A stretch of DNA of 58,441 nucleotides, filler included, from Sphacelaria rigidula (GCA_964200075.2; 8 parts of 8 records of this genome joined end to end with filler, not necessarily neighbours in it), one strand, 5' to 3'. Shown: positions 10,865 through 24,647, numbered from the whole stretch's first letter. A program made the numbers and translations. The notes: generated by a model from the sequence alone, not told the origin.

Positions 10865-11648
10865 GAGCCCTTGTTATCGAAGGGGATTTTCCCCTTTTTC
10901 AAAATCCCCTTTGAAGGGGATTTGCCCCCACGACGGTTAGTTTCAGTTCCATCGAGGAGCAGTTTTGAGTTTTGTGCAGATCGAACCCCAGATCTGCACG
11001 CAGGTTCAGAAATGCGGCAGGTCTGGAAGTGGTCGTTAGTCCGAGGTCTCTGTAATGCTCCAGAGAAGACGCAACAAGGCAGCACAACACCTACACACCC
11101 AGCCCCGAAAAAACACGCACAGACAACCACCGCTCCCGCGCATCAGTTCCACCACTAGCTAGCCTTGCTAATCTAACGCGGCGGTCTTTGTTTGACGGAA
11201 ATCCGTTTTGCATTGGAAGAATGGCGGCCGCGTGCGTGTCAAAAACAATCGAAAACGTGTCGTTGCTGACCGTTTTGTGAGCGCGTGTGATGTGCGCGCG
11301 TCTCAAACGAATGATCATTTCTCAACGAATTGTAAACAGATTTGAGCAAGGTCACGCACAACGTGCTCAGCTAATGAGCAGCTACGGCTCGCGCTGTGTG
11401 TTTTTGGTTTGCGGGGGCACGAAGTTTTGCAGGTTCAGCTTTGGTTGTGTTAGGTTGTGTGGTAAGCCTTTGCATGTGCCCTCATCAACGGTACATGTAT
11501 GTTACCCTTCGAGGAGTTCGGAAATCCGTTTTCAGTAGGGGATTTCTGGGCATGTTGTGGGGGGTGGTATTGCAGGCACCAATCAACGGTCGTTCTTCGG
11601 AACGGGGATTTTGAAAAAAGGGAAAATTCCCTTCGATAGGAAGGGTCC
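10865..11648. mobile_element. 784-bp PIF/Harbinger-type (Tourist-like) MITE with 45-bp TIRs and TTA TSD
   Basis: 10865-10909 and 11604-11648 are inverted repeats (6 mismatches in 45). TTA lies at 10862-10864 and 11649-11651. Internal segment ~11309-11460 recurs at ~43494-43650. Confidence 0.85.
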
Positions 11649-11804
11649 TTACACAGATTCTCGCAAAATCTACTGATGACGGCAGTTGCTGTGAGTACGT
11701 ATGGAGGGGTCACCAAATCTATCGATCACGGTAATGTATCAATATATCCATCCCGGAATGAATCTATTGCGGTAGGTAAACGTTCCTTTTTCTTTTTTTT
11801 CCCT

Positions 11805-11906
11805 TAGAGCGTGTTTGAATTCCGTTTTCTTGACCACGTCTCTCATAAGACCACGGCTGGACCCCTGGGGGGTCAGTTAAAGTGCGACAAGCAGTCTATC
11901 AATCAA
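11805..11906 (+). mobile_element. 3' end of a retroposon family with (AATC)n tail
   Basis: AGACCACGGCTGGACCYCTGRGGGGTCAGTTAAAGTGCGACAA...ATCAATCAA is also at ~15790-15891. A related tail lies at ~45318-45351. Confidence 0.65.
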
Positions 11907-13099
11907 ACGATGTCCGTTGATAGCCAGTGATTTTAATTTACGGGCGCTTAAATAGGCCGTTGTATTTATCGAGATTAGCAACATCTACTATAGTATCGCG
12001 CTTGCAAAGCAATCAACAGATATGTTTCATCCCCTACTGATTTTCGGTAATATATATTCGTACATATATCGATAGGTTCCCCCCAGCGTCTACAGTATTC
12101 TTGCAGCAATTGACTAGCTGTGTCCGTTGTCCAGTGTTCATCTGTCAATTCGTTCAGTATGAGCACAATGTGTACTTGTAGAAAGAACAAGAGTCATGCA
12201 GTCAATATAATGTACAGCAGTACAGTCAGCAGTACAGGATGTGTGTATCGCATACTTCTACCGCATGAAATCCAAAATAAGAAAGATCACAACGCAGCGT
12301 TATTCTGCTGAGGCACTTCATGCCGCTGCACCGCAGATCCAACTGAGACCCATCCAACCAAGATTGTAGTATCACACCACAGTGCGTCACCTGCCGCAGT
12401 TCCGGGTAGCAGTATCATCGAGTTGTGACACATGTCGTACACCCAGAGCTCCCCGCGTTGTCCTTGTAGCTGCAGGCGTCACAAAGCTTTCAATCGGAGA
12501 TAATCTTTCAAACACTGACAAAACGCCCAGTATAAGGGCGCCCACAACCCTAGCTTGCCGAGCCAGCATGTCGATGGATACTTGCTCAAGCTTGGCTCAA
12601 GCAGTGTTCGGCATCAGTATCAAGTATCCACTTTCGCCCACATCAAATAGTTTCTCTGGTCCGTCGTGAAGCTTTGGTGAAATTCCCTCGCCGAGATCGA
12701 GATCAAGGGACATGAGGCGCGTCGAAAGAATAGAACGTATCAAGATGCATAGGCAATGCGTATAGAAAGTTGCGTCTCAAAGGCATATATACTCGTTAGA
12801 ATTACATGTTTTGCCCCCTACGGGGGAACATAGAAAATGATACTCCAAACGGACTGTAACCGTCAAAAACGACAAGAGTAGAAGAATCCGACGCCGCGCC
12901 ATCTCGCCATCTCTTGATTTTCATGTTTTACAATACTGTGGAACAGCCTCAAACATTCAAACGCGGTGTTGCGGACAGTACATTATCAAACAATATTTCG
13001 TGCGCTTCTACATGCATTTAGTACGCTAAGAACCGTTCACTCAGTACTGGGCGCGGTGAATATTCATCCGTTGGTGGTTTATCTCGAAAGTCCTCAACT

Positions 13100-13291
13100 A
13101 TGGCGGGAAGCTCCTCGCCCAACGCGTCCTCTGCTTCGGGGCAAGATGACGATCGGGAGGCACCAGGCGACGGTGGTGGTCCACGGGTCGAGACATCGGG
13201 CGGCAATACGGGAGAAATTTACATGCGAGTTGGAAATTATGTGTGCCCTGCGCTGCATGTCAACAACTTCACGCCTTTGGAGTTCGAAGAG
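13100..13291 (+). CDS. Possible first coding exon of an unidentified gene or TE protein
   Basis: ATG-initiated frame MAGSSSPNASS...NNFTPLEFEE ending at a canonical GAG|GTAACT donor. No downstream exon identified. Confidence 0.3.
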
Positions 13292-13433
13292 GTAACTCAC
13301 AGCTGCTTCCTATGTTTTGGATTAGTGCACACCAACACAACTGCCAAGCAGTCACATACTACTGCACACGCAACAGGACTCTACGGGTCGTGTCTGTGGG
13401 CCATAACCAGCAGACCCCCTCTTTTGTACTACT

Positions 13434-13770
13434 GCAAATCTCGTCAAGTGTCCAATCTCGCCGAAAATCGACACCAAATGTCCGCACTTTTGCACCCGCA
13501 AGAGCCCAGAGGTCGCAAATGAAGTCATGCATTTGCGTAAACCTTGCCAAACGTCAAAGCTGGCCAAAAGTCAGCCAAATTTCTCCACTTTTACATCCCC
13601 CAAAGCACGAAGGAGCCAAATATTTGCCGTGTGTAAAGTCTCGTCAAAAGTCAAATCTCGCCGAAGGCAAGCAAAAATTTGACGCCTTTAGGCTGTTGTG
13701 GGGTGCAAAAATGAGGAAACTTGGCTCTGATATTAGCGAAATTTGACGTTTGACGAGATGTCACACACAA
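13434..13770. repeat. ~100-bp degenerate direct repeats plus an inverted copy (DNA transposon subterminal-like)
   Basis: TCTCGTCAA..GTC.AATCTCGCCGAA occurs at ~13440 and ~13639 with a diverged unit at ~13540. An inverted GCGAAATTTGACGTTTGACGAGA lies at 13736-13758. Confidence 0.6.
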
Positions 13771-14636
13771 AATATGCCTTCTACAGGTAGTTCCTTTGGA
13801 CGTGTGTTCGCAAAAAAAAACGTTTTAAATCGAAAATCGACGCTGAATTGTGTGCCATGATTGAGCTGCAACTCTAAAGGACAACTAAACAACCCTCACT
13901 TTCCCGGGACCCACCCCAAAACCAACACAACATGCTCAAGATCGAAATTTGATCGCTTCTCATGAGAGAGCGGTGCAGAAAAAAGTTTGTAAAGGTCAAG
14001 GTCGTCTGCGAATGTGACAAGGTCCCGAGATGTAACCGGGATGCAAACGTGTGCCCATCATTCCAGAGCATGCAGCATCGCGTACGGACAGACACCTGCA
14101 ATCGAAAGCGCCCACATCCACGGACAGCCAGACTCCGCTACATATAAGGTCCTTTCAACGAGTGCTTTCAGTTCCGCGTTGAGCGAGCATTAACAGTAAA
14201 TGTGTGTCAACACTTGGGTAGTGTTTTCACAGCCTCCAAGCGTCGGTTTTGTTTGGGACCATTCCGTGCTCTGCGGTTTTGCGAAAGCACTCGTTGCAAT
14301 CTCATTTCTTGTGCAATCTCATTTCTTGACGGATTGCAGCCGAAACAAGCTCATCATCCGTCGTTGACCAAAAGGTATCGTAAGGACTGTCAAGCTCAGT
14401 CTGGACTAGAGTACAACCAACTCTCTTAGTTCACGGTTGAACCCATTCGATCGGCTGTGGCTCGTCAGTTGATCTGTTAACAGTGGATTCTCGAAAATGG
14501 GGTTGAGAAAATAAATGAGGTTCAACTCAAAAGCCGNNNNNNNNNNNNNNNNNNNNNNNNNNNNNNNNNNNNNNNNNNNNTTAATTAATTAANNNNNNNN
14601 NNNNNNNNNNNNNNNNNNNNNNNNNNNNNNNNNNNN

Positions 14637-14757
14637 CTGTTACATATCTTATCCCCGTCCTGTTTTGCCGTCTCTGGCCACCATTTATCTCCTGGTATAG
14701 CCATCGTTTTCTGCCTACTGTCCAATGCATCAAACGATTCCATGCCACCTTTTACAT
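14637..14757 (-). mobile_element. Fragment of LINE family A (cut by contig start)
   Basis: Translates GGMESFDALDSRQKTMAIPGDKWWPETAKQDGDKIC, matching 48690-48800. Confidence 0.8.
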
Positions 14758-15156
14758 GGAATGAGCTATTATCGTAGAAACGAGTGAAAGTGATGACATG
14801 GAATGAAATCTCGAACGCGTATCTGTACACCCAATTTGCGCGGGTGTGCAGGCACAAATGATTTCGGAGTAGGGTCGGGGGAGGGGGGGTGTGTGGAGGG
14901 TGTGTAGGGAGCGAAGTCCTCGAAAATGAAATAATAAGAACGCAAAGTTGTTATAATGTTGCGGTTGCGGCCGTGCTTCATTTGTCTTCGTCCCTCGATA
15001 GGACATGAGTACTGTACTCGTCTTCATTTTGAGTTGATGAATTGCTGTGGTTGTTGTCTCGGTGTCCGTGTTTGTCATGCTCTAGAGTTTGTGTGTGTGT
15101 GCTGCTTTTTCAGCAACATTAGTAGGCACTTTTGGAGCAGTTTGCATGTTACAGTA

Positions 15157-15593
15157 CAGTGAGCACGCCGACCGTCAAGAACTTCGCTTTCTTGTGCTCC
15201 CGTTATTCCTGTAAGGGATTACAGACAGAACTGTGAAGCGACGGAAGGGAGAGCCTGTATGGCCCTGTTATACCGCATTGTACTACTTCCCATTGTGATC
15301 GACACTTTTATTTACTCTGTCGAATATCTCCGTAATTTTGGGACTGGCAAGGTACATGGTGACTCGAATGCTAGCGATCGCCGGGGCGTAGTCTCAGGGC
15401 AGCTGCCCCCCAGTTCTGCGTCGTAGTCCGAATTTTGCGGACTTGTTCAAAAGTGAAGCTTGAGAAAGAAAACCATGCTGCTTCGTTTTCGGAGAAGTCT
15501 GACCGCATACTCCGAAAAAAACGGAAATATCTCAGATATCCGAAAAACTGTCGATAAATCAAGGTACTGTGTCTCAACTCGAGGTTCCCACTG
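15157..15593. mobile_element. Possible old Tc1/mariner-pogo-type MITE with TA TSD
   Basis: TA-CAGTGAGCACGCCGA ... TCGAGGTTCCCACTG-TA. 11 of 15 terminal bases are complementary. Confidence 0.45.
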
Positions 15594-17798
15594 TATTTGA
15601 ATGTAATTTGGTCAAATAAACCTTAGCTCTGTTCTTTCCTTTTCTTTTCCTATTTTTCTTGTTTTAGGTCGGCCATTTCTTTCTGTGTTTTGCTTGTGTT
15701 GACATTTGTATCACCTTTTTTTTGTTACGACTTAGTCTGCTATGTCGTTCTGTTCGACCCCCCCTTTTTTTCTGTTCCTTTTTTTTCTCAGAGCGTATTT
15801 CAGTTTCGTTTTTCTTGGGGACTTCTATCATGAGACCACGGCTGGACCTCTGAGGGGTCAGTTAAAGTGCGACAATCAAGCAATCAATCAACCTCGCGTC
15901 AGCGATACCTCCATAATACGACCAGTACTACTCCTGTTTTGTCTGGGTATTTGGAGTCGTGCAACAGGCATCACGAACACAAATGCAGCTTTCACGGCAG
16001 TGTTTTGCTTGTGCACTTCGGTATTAATTATCCAGCAACACTGTACTGCACTGTGCTGCACTGTATTGCACGGCAAGGTATCTTTACTGTGGCACAGCGC
16101 ACATTCGATTGCGCTCCCGTGCACACCAACAAAATACAAAACACCCCCGCGGGAGTTTGAATTTCAAGCCTAATGCAACACAACATCTGGCCAATGCGCT
16201 GCGTATAATGCACAGAAGAAGGCATACTCGGCGAATAACCGCGCACACAGAGGTCAACCAGTACAGTACAGTGGCACGGTACACACATATACCACATGAT
16301 GACATGGGCGCATCGATGGTTCGTACGGGATCATCACTCCACGGACATGGAGAAATCACAAGACCAGTCTACAGTCTACTACAGCCGTCAGTATAGAACG
16401 TGCGGTAGGTCTTGCGGCTGCTGGTTGGACACTTTGTTTTTAAATTGGGGCAATTTCAAAGACTGGTTATCGAGTACACTTTGCACGGCGTGTTATTGGA
16501 CCCAGTCAGCAACACACCACGACTAACGCCAACACCACTGAGCTAGCAGACATGACACTGTTTGCCCATGAACGCCCAGCCGCGCTTCCGTTTCAAGTAG
16601 GTACTGCACGTCATGCGCACGTTCATTGCATCTCACCCACTACCGGTATCTAACCCCTGCTCGGCTACTGTACTCTTATGTAACGGACGGCCGAATTGTG
16701 GCTGTTTGAGCTTTTTTTCAAATCGAGGCAACAAGGATGCACTGCAGTTTTTCTCGACACATGTTCTCAAGACATACACCAAGCGCAATTCGCTGCTGCA
16801 ACCGCTGCTGTAGCTGCTACTTCTGCTGCAAAAGAAGCAGCTGCATAGCTTCTGCCTACAGTTCCTCTCAGATGAGCCCACCGAGCGCTACCGAAGTCGC
16901 CCGAAATACCAGCACAAAGCAGCGAGCTCACCGCAGCAGCCGTTTTGTTTTTTAAAAACACGGTCAACGGAACAGGCAGGGTTTCGGACACTCCGTCCAA
17001 ACATAGACACCTGAAAACTCAAAACTCATCAGGTTCACCAACTCTGAGACACTTACAGAAACACTGATGTAGTAGCAGTAGCGGCAGCAGTACCGGTGCC
17101 GTCAAGGCAGCGCCAGAGTATCAGCGGCAAAAGATGTGGCTACAGTACCCAGCAAAGTATAACACAGGAACAGCACTCTGAAAAATTCAAAAATAGGATA
17201 CTGACAAAGTTGTAGACGGGCATAGTTGGATACTGGTCATGGCAATAAGCTGCACGTACATGCCGATTTTTTCTCAAGCGGGTCGATCGGGTAGAAAAGA
17301 CTACTGTACAGATATCCGAGTCACCACTGGTTGTAGCAGCATGACGATCACAGTCAACGGCATGCCCTAGAACCGGTGATATCGCTTCAATGATTGTGTG
17401 GTTGCATCACTCTCAAGAGATTTTTTTTGCGTACGAGTACTCGTTCCCATGAATGTATGTTTGGGGGAAACTGTAGACGATGCGGATGCGAGCTATGGCA
17501 CTGCTGCGGCATGACCGCAAAAGTCGCTATTTGCTACCCCAATGCGCGACGGGAGAATAAAAAATCCACATTCCCGTAAAGATGGAGTTGATGTCATATC
17601 GGACACTGGAATGGATATATATGATACATTCTCTTGGATAATACATTTTTGATCATACACAACACAAGTGCAAGTACAGTACAGTGTGTCAGCATTTGAA
17701 TTTTTGTTATATTTTTTGAGGGGGTGATGGGGAACAATGAGGAAAGAATTATGTACGTTGAACCACGACAACACAACGCGCCTGTTTGCGCTCCGTAG

Positions 17799-18342
17799 GA
17801 CAAAACTATACACGGTGACCGTGCACGAATCTGAACATGCGCCCATCAGCGAGAATGCATTGATCGATCCAAAATTCTTCGAGTCAAACACTAGACTGTG
17901 GGACAAACGCCGAGGGGTTGTGCTACACAACGTAGGGGTGGTATACAACGTTATCTCCGACGGTTCGCCTGTACAGCATACAGCTTCACCAAACCTTTTC
18001 TCTACCCGGCATAACACCAGACCGTCATCTCCACCGCCCAACCACCGCAACGAACCTTGCTCCCTATCGACATTTTCCATCGGCGAAGAAAAGAGTGTGG
18101 CTTTGCAGGAATGCACGCAGGGGCAGGTCGCTCTCTGTGCATGCGACACTGAAAGGAGCTTAGGGGATTGGGTCACCCTTCACACAAAAAAAATAGTAGC
18201 AGGTATGTCTTCTGATGTTGGGAAGTCGTGGCAGAGCATTGGATCGCCGGCTCGAGGATTCAAGACCAAAAAACAGTTTATGCCACGGATGCTGAGGGCT
18301 AAGGGTCCGGATCACTTCATTGGCTTCGGCAGCGCAGTCCAG
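17799..18342 (+). CDS. Probable 544-nt coding exon of an unidentified (possibly decaying) gene
   Basis: CTCCGTAG| acceptor and CAG|GTACGT donor bracket 181 uninterrupted codons (TKLYTVTVHESEHAP...DHFIGFGSAVQ). Flanking candidate exons contain stops or frameshifts. Confidence 0.45.
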
Positions 18343-21300
18343 GTACGTTGCTATCGTGCAAACCGTATCAGACGGTTGCGTTGTAAGACGATAGCAGGAA
18401 GACAACGACAAACAGTACCGTCAGTAGCGCACAGTACTGGCTGTAGCACGCGTGCAGGACAGCGAACGAGATACCAGTCATGGTCGAAAAAAATGGATCT
18501 ATGATGGTACCGGTCAGCAGGAATAGTTACTCTTCAGAATTCATACGTTCATTTCAATACGACACACTACTGTACAGATGCCGTGGGTGCTTGCGTGCGG
18601 TGCGTGTATGCGTGTGCACATCCGATTTTCTCGTTGAGGGAACCCAGCTCGGCACGGAAGCCCCTTTGGATTGAGTTAGGTGGACCCTGGACGACAAAAT
18701 ATGACTCTACAAAGCTTCGTGCGTTGCGCGTTTCAGGACTTTTGATGATTCATCGTGTTCTCGTCTCTGTGCGACAGAAAAAACGAAGATCCCCCGCAAT
18801 TTTTGCTCTCTGGCTGTTTCTCGTCACAGTTTCACCCTGCATCGTGATGTTGGCGAAAAATATGTATGGGCTTCCCAGGAGCCCCCTCCCCTCACTGGGG
18901 ATAATGATCGGTCTGGCACCGCAAGAGTTTGAGCGGCGAGTCATGTGTAGGGATGACTGTTCGGTTTGCGGTCTAGAATAGTTGTTCGCCTAGTGCTTTG
19001 ATTCCCTTGACTTTTTTTTCAACACCACCATGTCCAGCTCAAAAAACAGTCTCAAAGATGCATCTTCAACCATTATCATCGACCACGAGTAATTTTCGAT
19101 TTTGACGATACAAGGACGACTTCGTTTGCATTTGTCAGTTGCAGAAAACAGTATTTTTCGCTATCTCACGGACTTCAGGGAACGAGGGATGGGGGAGAGT
19201 GGGGCACAATCAGGGCCCATAGCTTGGTCTACACTGTTTACACTCGAGTGTGCTGCACAGGATGAGCATCCTAGAGGCGAGATGATTCGAGATTTCGTCA
19301 CGTTTATTACAACAGTGCCACAGAAGCGAGTTCCTGGTGCGGCGTGGTGCCACTGTCAGTCGTGGCCTCTTCAAATTTTCGTCAGTAGTGGTGGGTGACT
19401 CTTTTGATATCTCCCTCGCCGATTCTATGACCGCACCAACAAAACGAGCCTCTTTGGCGTGCCCCGTCGGCCAAGGAGTTCTCAGCGCATCAACAAAAGC
19501 CACCCAGCTCACTTCTTTTTATGATGATGGTAGTCATAGTACACCTGCCCAGAAATCGAGATATGTTGATACGGTCTATTGTAAACGACTGTCTCGTCTG
19601 TGGACATGGTGTCCCGAAACGTCAACACGTCGATATTTTTCGAAACTTGCATGAAATTTCATGTGTTCGCAGGTGTCGAGTACTTTCTCTGCGATATCAT
19701 GAACCCCCTGAGTTATCGAACGGTATACGAGTACGGTCACGAACAACAGTCACACTACTCTACGGTATGTGTTGGGTCCCCTATGGCTATGGGAGACGCC
19801 CCGACTGTGGCCCGTGAAAGCTGGATGACATTCCCCCCCCCCTGCCCCCAAACCCTGACCTTGGCCTGGAAATGGGGGATTTACTGAGGCTATCGTCATA
19901 GTGTAGCTTGCCATCGCGGTGAATGTAAACGGAATAATACAGACAGTGCAGTCGCCGCCCCTGTACTGTGGGCACTGCTTCGCACATCTTCGCTATTACC
20001 GTCTCTAACTCCTCGAAGGTACAGGACCCCCTAAGAAATGATCAACCACAACCCCCAATAACGCAGACTGTGGACCCTCGGGGGGCGGTGGGGGAGGGAG
20101 CAGGAAGGGAGGGTGGGTCCACCTCGATGCAGCTCACCAAAGTAACGAGCACAGTATTCTTTTGCTGATGAGACCAGAGAGGAGGTCATCAGGGGTCGGG
20201 TGTCGCTGCACAGACCCACAAACAAAAGTCGGGATGGCTTGACTAGACAATTATGTTCAAATGAGCTTTCGCACAGCACGGCCCTAATATTGATATCGTC
20301 AGCATCGCGGAAGGGTCTGGAAACATATTCCGCGACGTCTCGGCTCGGCAGCCTGTGAAATGTCCCCAAGATCTCTGTGTCGTGGTGCAATAAGGTAGCA
20401 TGCATGGGCGATGCACGCGTACAGCACAGTAAAATATAATGGCCTGATACCGTACCCGGGCGGGTTTACGCAACGGGAAATCGGCACGGGTGGCTTGCAC
20501 CTTTTCAGACACTTCGTCAATCACGGAGGAGCTTTTGCGGAATTATTTTGCCCCGAAAGGGTATGTGATCGATATGTTGAATCGGCATAACTTTCCCTCA
20601 TATTTTAAACGTAAATGATGCCCATCCTACAGATCACCTACCCTGACAGTCGAACGGGTTATCCCGGCCACAAAAATTCACAGCCGAAGGGAACTTATTG
20701 GTCATCATCATATCCCCGACCGTCACAATTCGGATCTCTGGAAGGCCGACACCCTCACGTAGTCCGCGAGTGGTAGCCCAGCGTGTTCTAGCTTATACCG
20801 GCCTTGACTGGGGTTCCATGCCAGTAAAGCACACTATTCCTTGGGCATTCTCTGCACCCGCCTTGCCCAAGCATTCCCGGTATCCCTCAGATTGGAGCGA
20901 AGGTCAGCCCCAGAGGTTAACCAAGCAAAGTGTGTTCAACGATCAATTTGAACCATCGAGTTCGTGTAAACGCACCTCCGATCAGCAATAAAAAATTCCC
21001 AAAAAACATAAACATTTGCAACGGACGGCGCGTACAAGTATCAAGACACGACGGCACAGTACAGTATAATACCATAGTGTTTGAACCCAAGCTATACATA
21101 ATAGTGGTGATGCGAACAACAGCCGAGCGGTGCGCTTAGTAGCGTTGGCTACTGGCTACACTTCGATGTTGACTTGCCTTAAGGCAAAAATGATGGTGTT
21201 GACAATTCCGCCTTCATCACCCAGGATGGGCCGGTCACCTGTCGGATGAACCGGCATCCTCTTCCCTCTAAAAATATAAGTAAACTACCGGAATGTATGT

Positions 21301-22651
21301 ACCCATGCCTCCCCCCAGTGTCGGACTGCCAGCTGGGTTTTTATTCTCTGCAAACTCACGTAGATGGCGAGAGGTCATCTGTTGAATCGGCATCAATTTC
21401 ACTTGAAAGAAGTCTACATTATTCAGATGGGCTATCCGCCTCGCGGTCTAATGGTTTGAATAATATTTTTGCAACTGTGGGAATGATACCCGTAAAATCA
21501 TCACGTGGACTCTATACATACATTACTCTGGCTGCAAAAAAAGGTAGTTGGAACACTTTCGATCGCCAGCAGCGTACCGTAGGTCGTCTGAGTTGTATAT
21601 TCATTTTTTCAAGTAAAAATGTTTTCTGTTCAAGAGTTGAACAGATGGGAAGTCGAAGGGTTTGGTCCCTGTCAGCAGGATGGTAGTTTTGGAACAACAG
21701 TAAATCCGGCTGACGGTCCCCCCGGAAAATCCGGGAAAATGGGATGCGTTTGTGTGTGTATGGGGGAGGGGGGGGGGGGGGGGAGGGAAGGGTACTTGTT
21801 GTTGCTGTTGTTGCTGTCTTCACGTTAACCCTCATGATACTGGCAATGAAAAAGNNNNNNNNNNNNNNNNNNNNNNNNNNNNNNNNNNNNNNNNNNNNTT
21901 AATTAATTAANNNNNNNNNNNNNNNNNNNNNNNNNNNNNNNNNNNNNNNNNNNNGATCGCCCTCGACTACCGCCAGGTGCGGGATAAACACCTTTCTACG
22001 GTCGCCCCCCCCCCCCCCCCCAAATAAATCCAGCCCAAAAGTGCCACGAAAGAAATGGTCATACAGCGCCTGATGTTTGGGTTCAGGCTGCATGAAGCGC
22101 CTCATGTGGGCGACATCGGCGAGAACGAACCTAACCTGAGCATGGGAATCCCCAGCTGCTCGTTGTGCTCGGCTTTTCCCATTTCGATTCACGTGAAGAT
22201 TTTGCCTCCCCGAACCAGGCATTTTTGGGGGGCGGGGGCTATCGTAGAAAGTGTCGATATTGCAATAGACAATAGGTTTCATATTCTGCGCATTACATTT
22301 TTTTTTACAATGAAACATTTTGTCCAGGGTGTGGGTGACTACACAGATTATGCTGTTTATACAAAGTAGTCACTTTGGAGGCCGATAGTCGATTTGACCC
22401 GTCACTCTGAGTTTACCTCGTCCTGTACCCATTTCCTTTGTGGATGCTGATTTTCGTTGCTTTTCTATTATGGCACCCCTCTGAGTTTGTAGGGATTGGT
22501 CATGGCTTGCTTGCCTGCAACGTACTTTTTTTTGCTTTCAAGAAATATGTACTGTACCGAAAAGTACTCCATATATGTATATATGTATACATATACAAAT
22601 CATGTGAGAGTGTGAAGATTTTCACGCGAAACTTGACTTGCCATACTGAAC

Positions 22652-22853
22652 TTCGACTTTACGGTCGACGAGGGAAACGGGCTGCTGAACCAACCCCTCT
22701 CGCGATGAAAAATAAGGCAAGCACTGCAGAAGGAAGGTGGATTACTACAACAAAATAAAAACTCCTATGTAGGCATTCCTCCTGTGTGACCCCGGCTGAT
22801 GCGGCCACATATACCGAAGGGTGCAGACTGGCGTCCAGAATAGATGGGATGGC

Positions 22854-22888
<35 letters not shown>
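22652..22888 (+). mobile_element. 5'-truncated tRNA-derived SINE family C with (CA)n tail
   Basis: Matches the body and 3' end of 30788-31155 (ACGGTCGACGAGG...CCTCCTGTGTGACCCCGGCTG...CCACATATACCGAA) and ends in an (AC)n tract. Confidence 0.8.
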
Positions 22889-22890
<2 letters not shown>

Positions 22891-23050
22891 GGTGAGTCAG
22901 TCAGGCGTCAACGTTTTGAATCAATTTGATCGATAGATATATATATAGAGAGAGAGAAATATTTTTCATACTGTACTCGTTTCACAAAAAAAAACGGTGT
23001 GCATTTTATTTATTTTTCGTCTTTTTCCGATGTGTGTGTGTTTTCGGCAG

Positions 23051-23141
23051 GCAGACAACAGAGATGCCTACGAGGAGGCGCTGGAAGACCTTAAGGATGT
23101 GGTGTTGGAGGAGGTGATGAAGATTGCTGCTATTCTTCGCG

Positions 23142-23178
<37 letters not shown>

Positions 23179-24591
23179 GCTAATTGCTGCTCCTGCTCCT
23201 GCTGCTATTGCTGCTATTGCTGCTGCTGTCGTCGCACCTTTAACTGATTCCCAGGAGTCATGATCCAGCCGTAGTCATTATCCACATGGTAGACGCTTCC
23301 GAGGCAAAACAAAACGGAAACACTCGCTGCAGAAAAGCGAAGCAATACAGAAAGAAGGCAGATAGAACGACTAACAACAAGTGCAAGGTTTCTGTGTAGA
23401 ATCAGTTAGACAGAGGTAGTTAGGTATCAGGTTGCCCAGATAAAATGATGTTTCTCCTGCAGTTTCAGACGGTAACCGAATAGTGTTGGTATCACTTCTC
23501 CAAAACACACACTCACACAGCGTTAAATATTGATGTGGTAGTCGTGACGTCGACATGCATTCACTCATTTTCGGAAAACAGGAAGGACCAGAGATGAGAG
23601 AGACCCTCCGAGAAGAGCGCACGTTGTGGGTCACCGATCAGATCGCCCAGGACAAGTTTCCCGAGGAGCTGGACGCGTTTTACCTGCTGAAGAACCCGCC
23701 CGCAGAGGAGAAGCCGGCGGCGGACGAGGACGCCGCTGGAAAGAAGGGAAAGGTTTGTTGCTGTGCTCGTGTCTATGTTGTTCGTGTTGTCTTGTGCTTG
23801 TGTTCCGATTTGGTTTGATTCATTCTCCGATTGTAGTGATCGACGGACTTGATGGACTCGACTGATTTGTCGCACATGAAACTAATCACCCGGGGATCCA
23901 GTCGTGATCATTATCCATATGATAGACGACGTATTACCCGAGAAAAAACGAACCGGAAACACCTGTTGAAGAAAATTGGAGAAGGTAGAACGGCAGAAAC
24001 AGAGAAGCAGAGTAGACTAAGAGAAAAAAGGGGGGGGGGGGGAAATGAGAAAAAAGAACAAAACAAAACAAAAAACAAAGAAAAAACTACTCGATATGGC
24101 CGGCCTCTGCAACATGGCTTCGGTGGAACAGGTCTCGCACAAAAGCGCACACTCATGCCTGATTGGAAAAATTAAAAGCCGCGGAAAGAGATTGCGGCTC
24201 ATGTACTGTATTTTTATCTCACTTCTGTGGGTACAAAGCTTTCATCCATGGATCCTACGGAAGCGAGGCACTAAACTGCTACTTGCATACACCGAGGGGA
24301 AAAAACTTACATAGCGAGAGACAGAGAGAGACAGAGAGACGGGGAAAGAGATGGGCAAACAGCGAAGGAGACTACAGAAGTATTGAAACCCAAGGATACA
24401 GTGCAGTAGACCAGGTACGAAAACAGCACCAGGGAGCACCGCAGAACCATCGACCAAGGACACATTCAACAGCAGATATAAAAGACGAGGAGTATCGGTT
24501 TCCGTGTGAGCCCAGCTTCTAGCATTCATCCCCAGTCGGGTATAAAGCGAGCCGTTTCCTCGGTCATTTCTGTCTTGGATCCCTCGCGAGC

Positions 24592-24647
<56 letters not shown>

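Noticed and set aside
13900-14060. Minus-strand peptide with LVTFADDL (RT-like) and LEHVVLVLGW (papain-like)
   Set aside because: Short isolated motifs between stops, with no other RT or protease motifs at the expected spacing.
20165-20195. Hammerhead ribozyme at CTGATGAG (also ~25489 and ~43554)
   Set aside because: No GAAA after stem II and no closing stems I/III with an NUH site.
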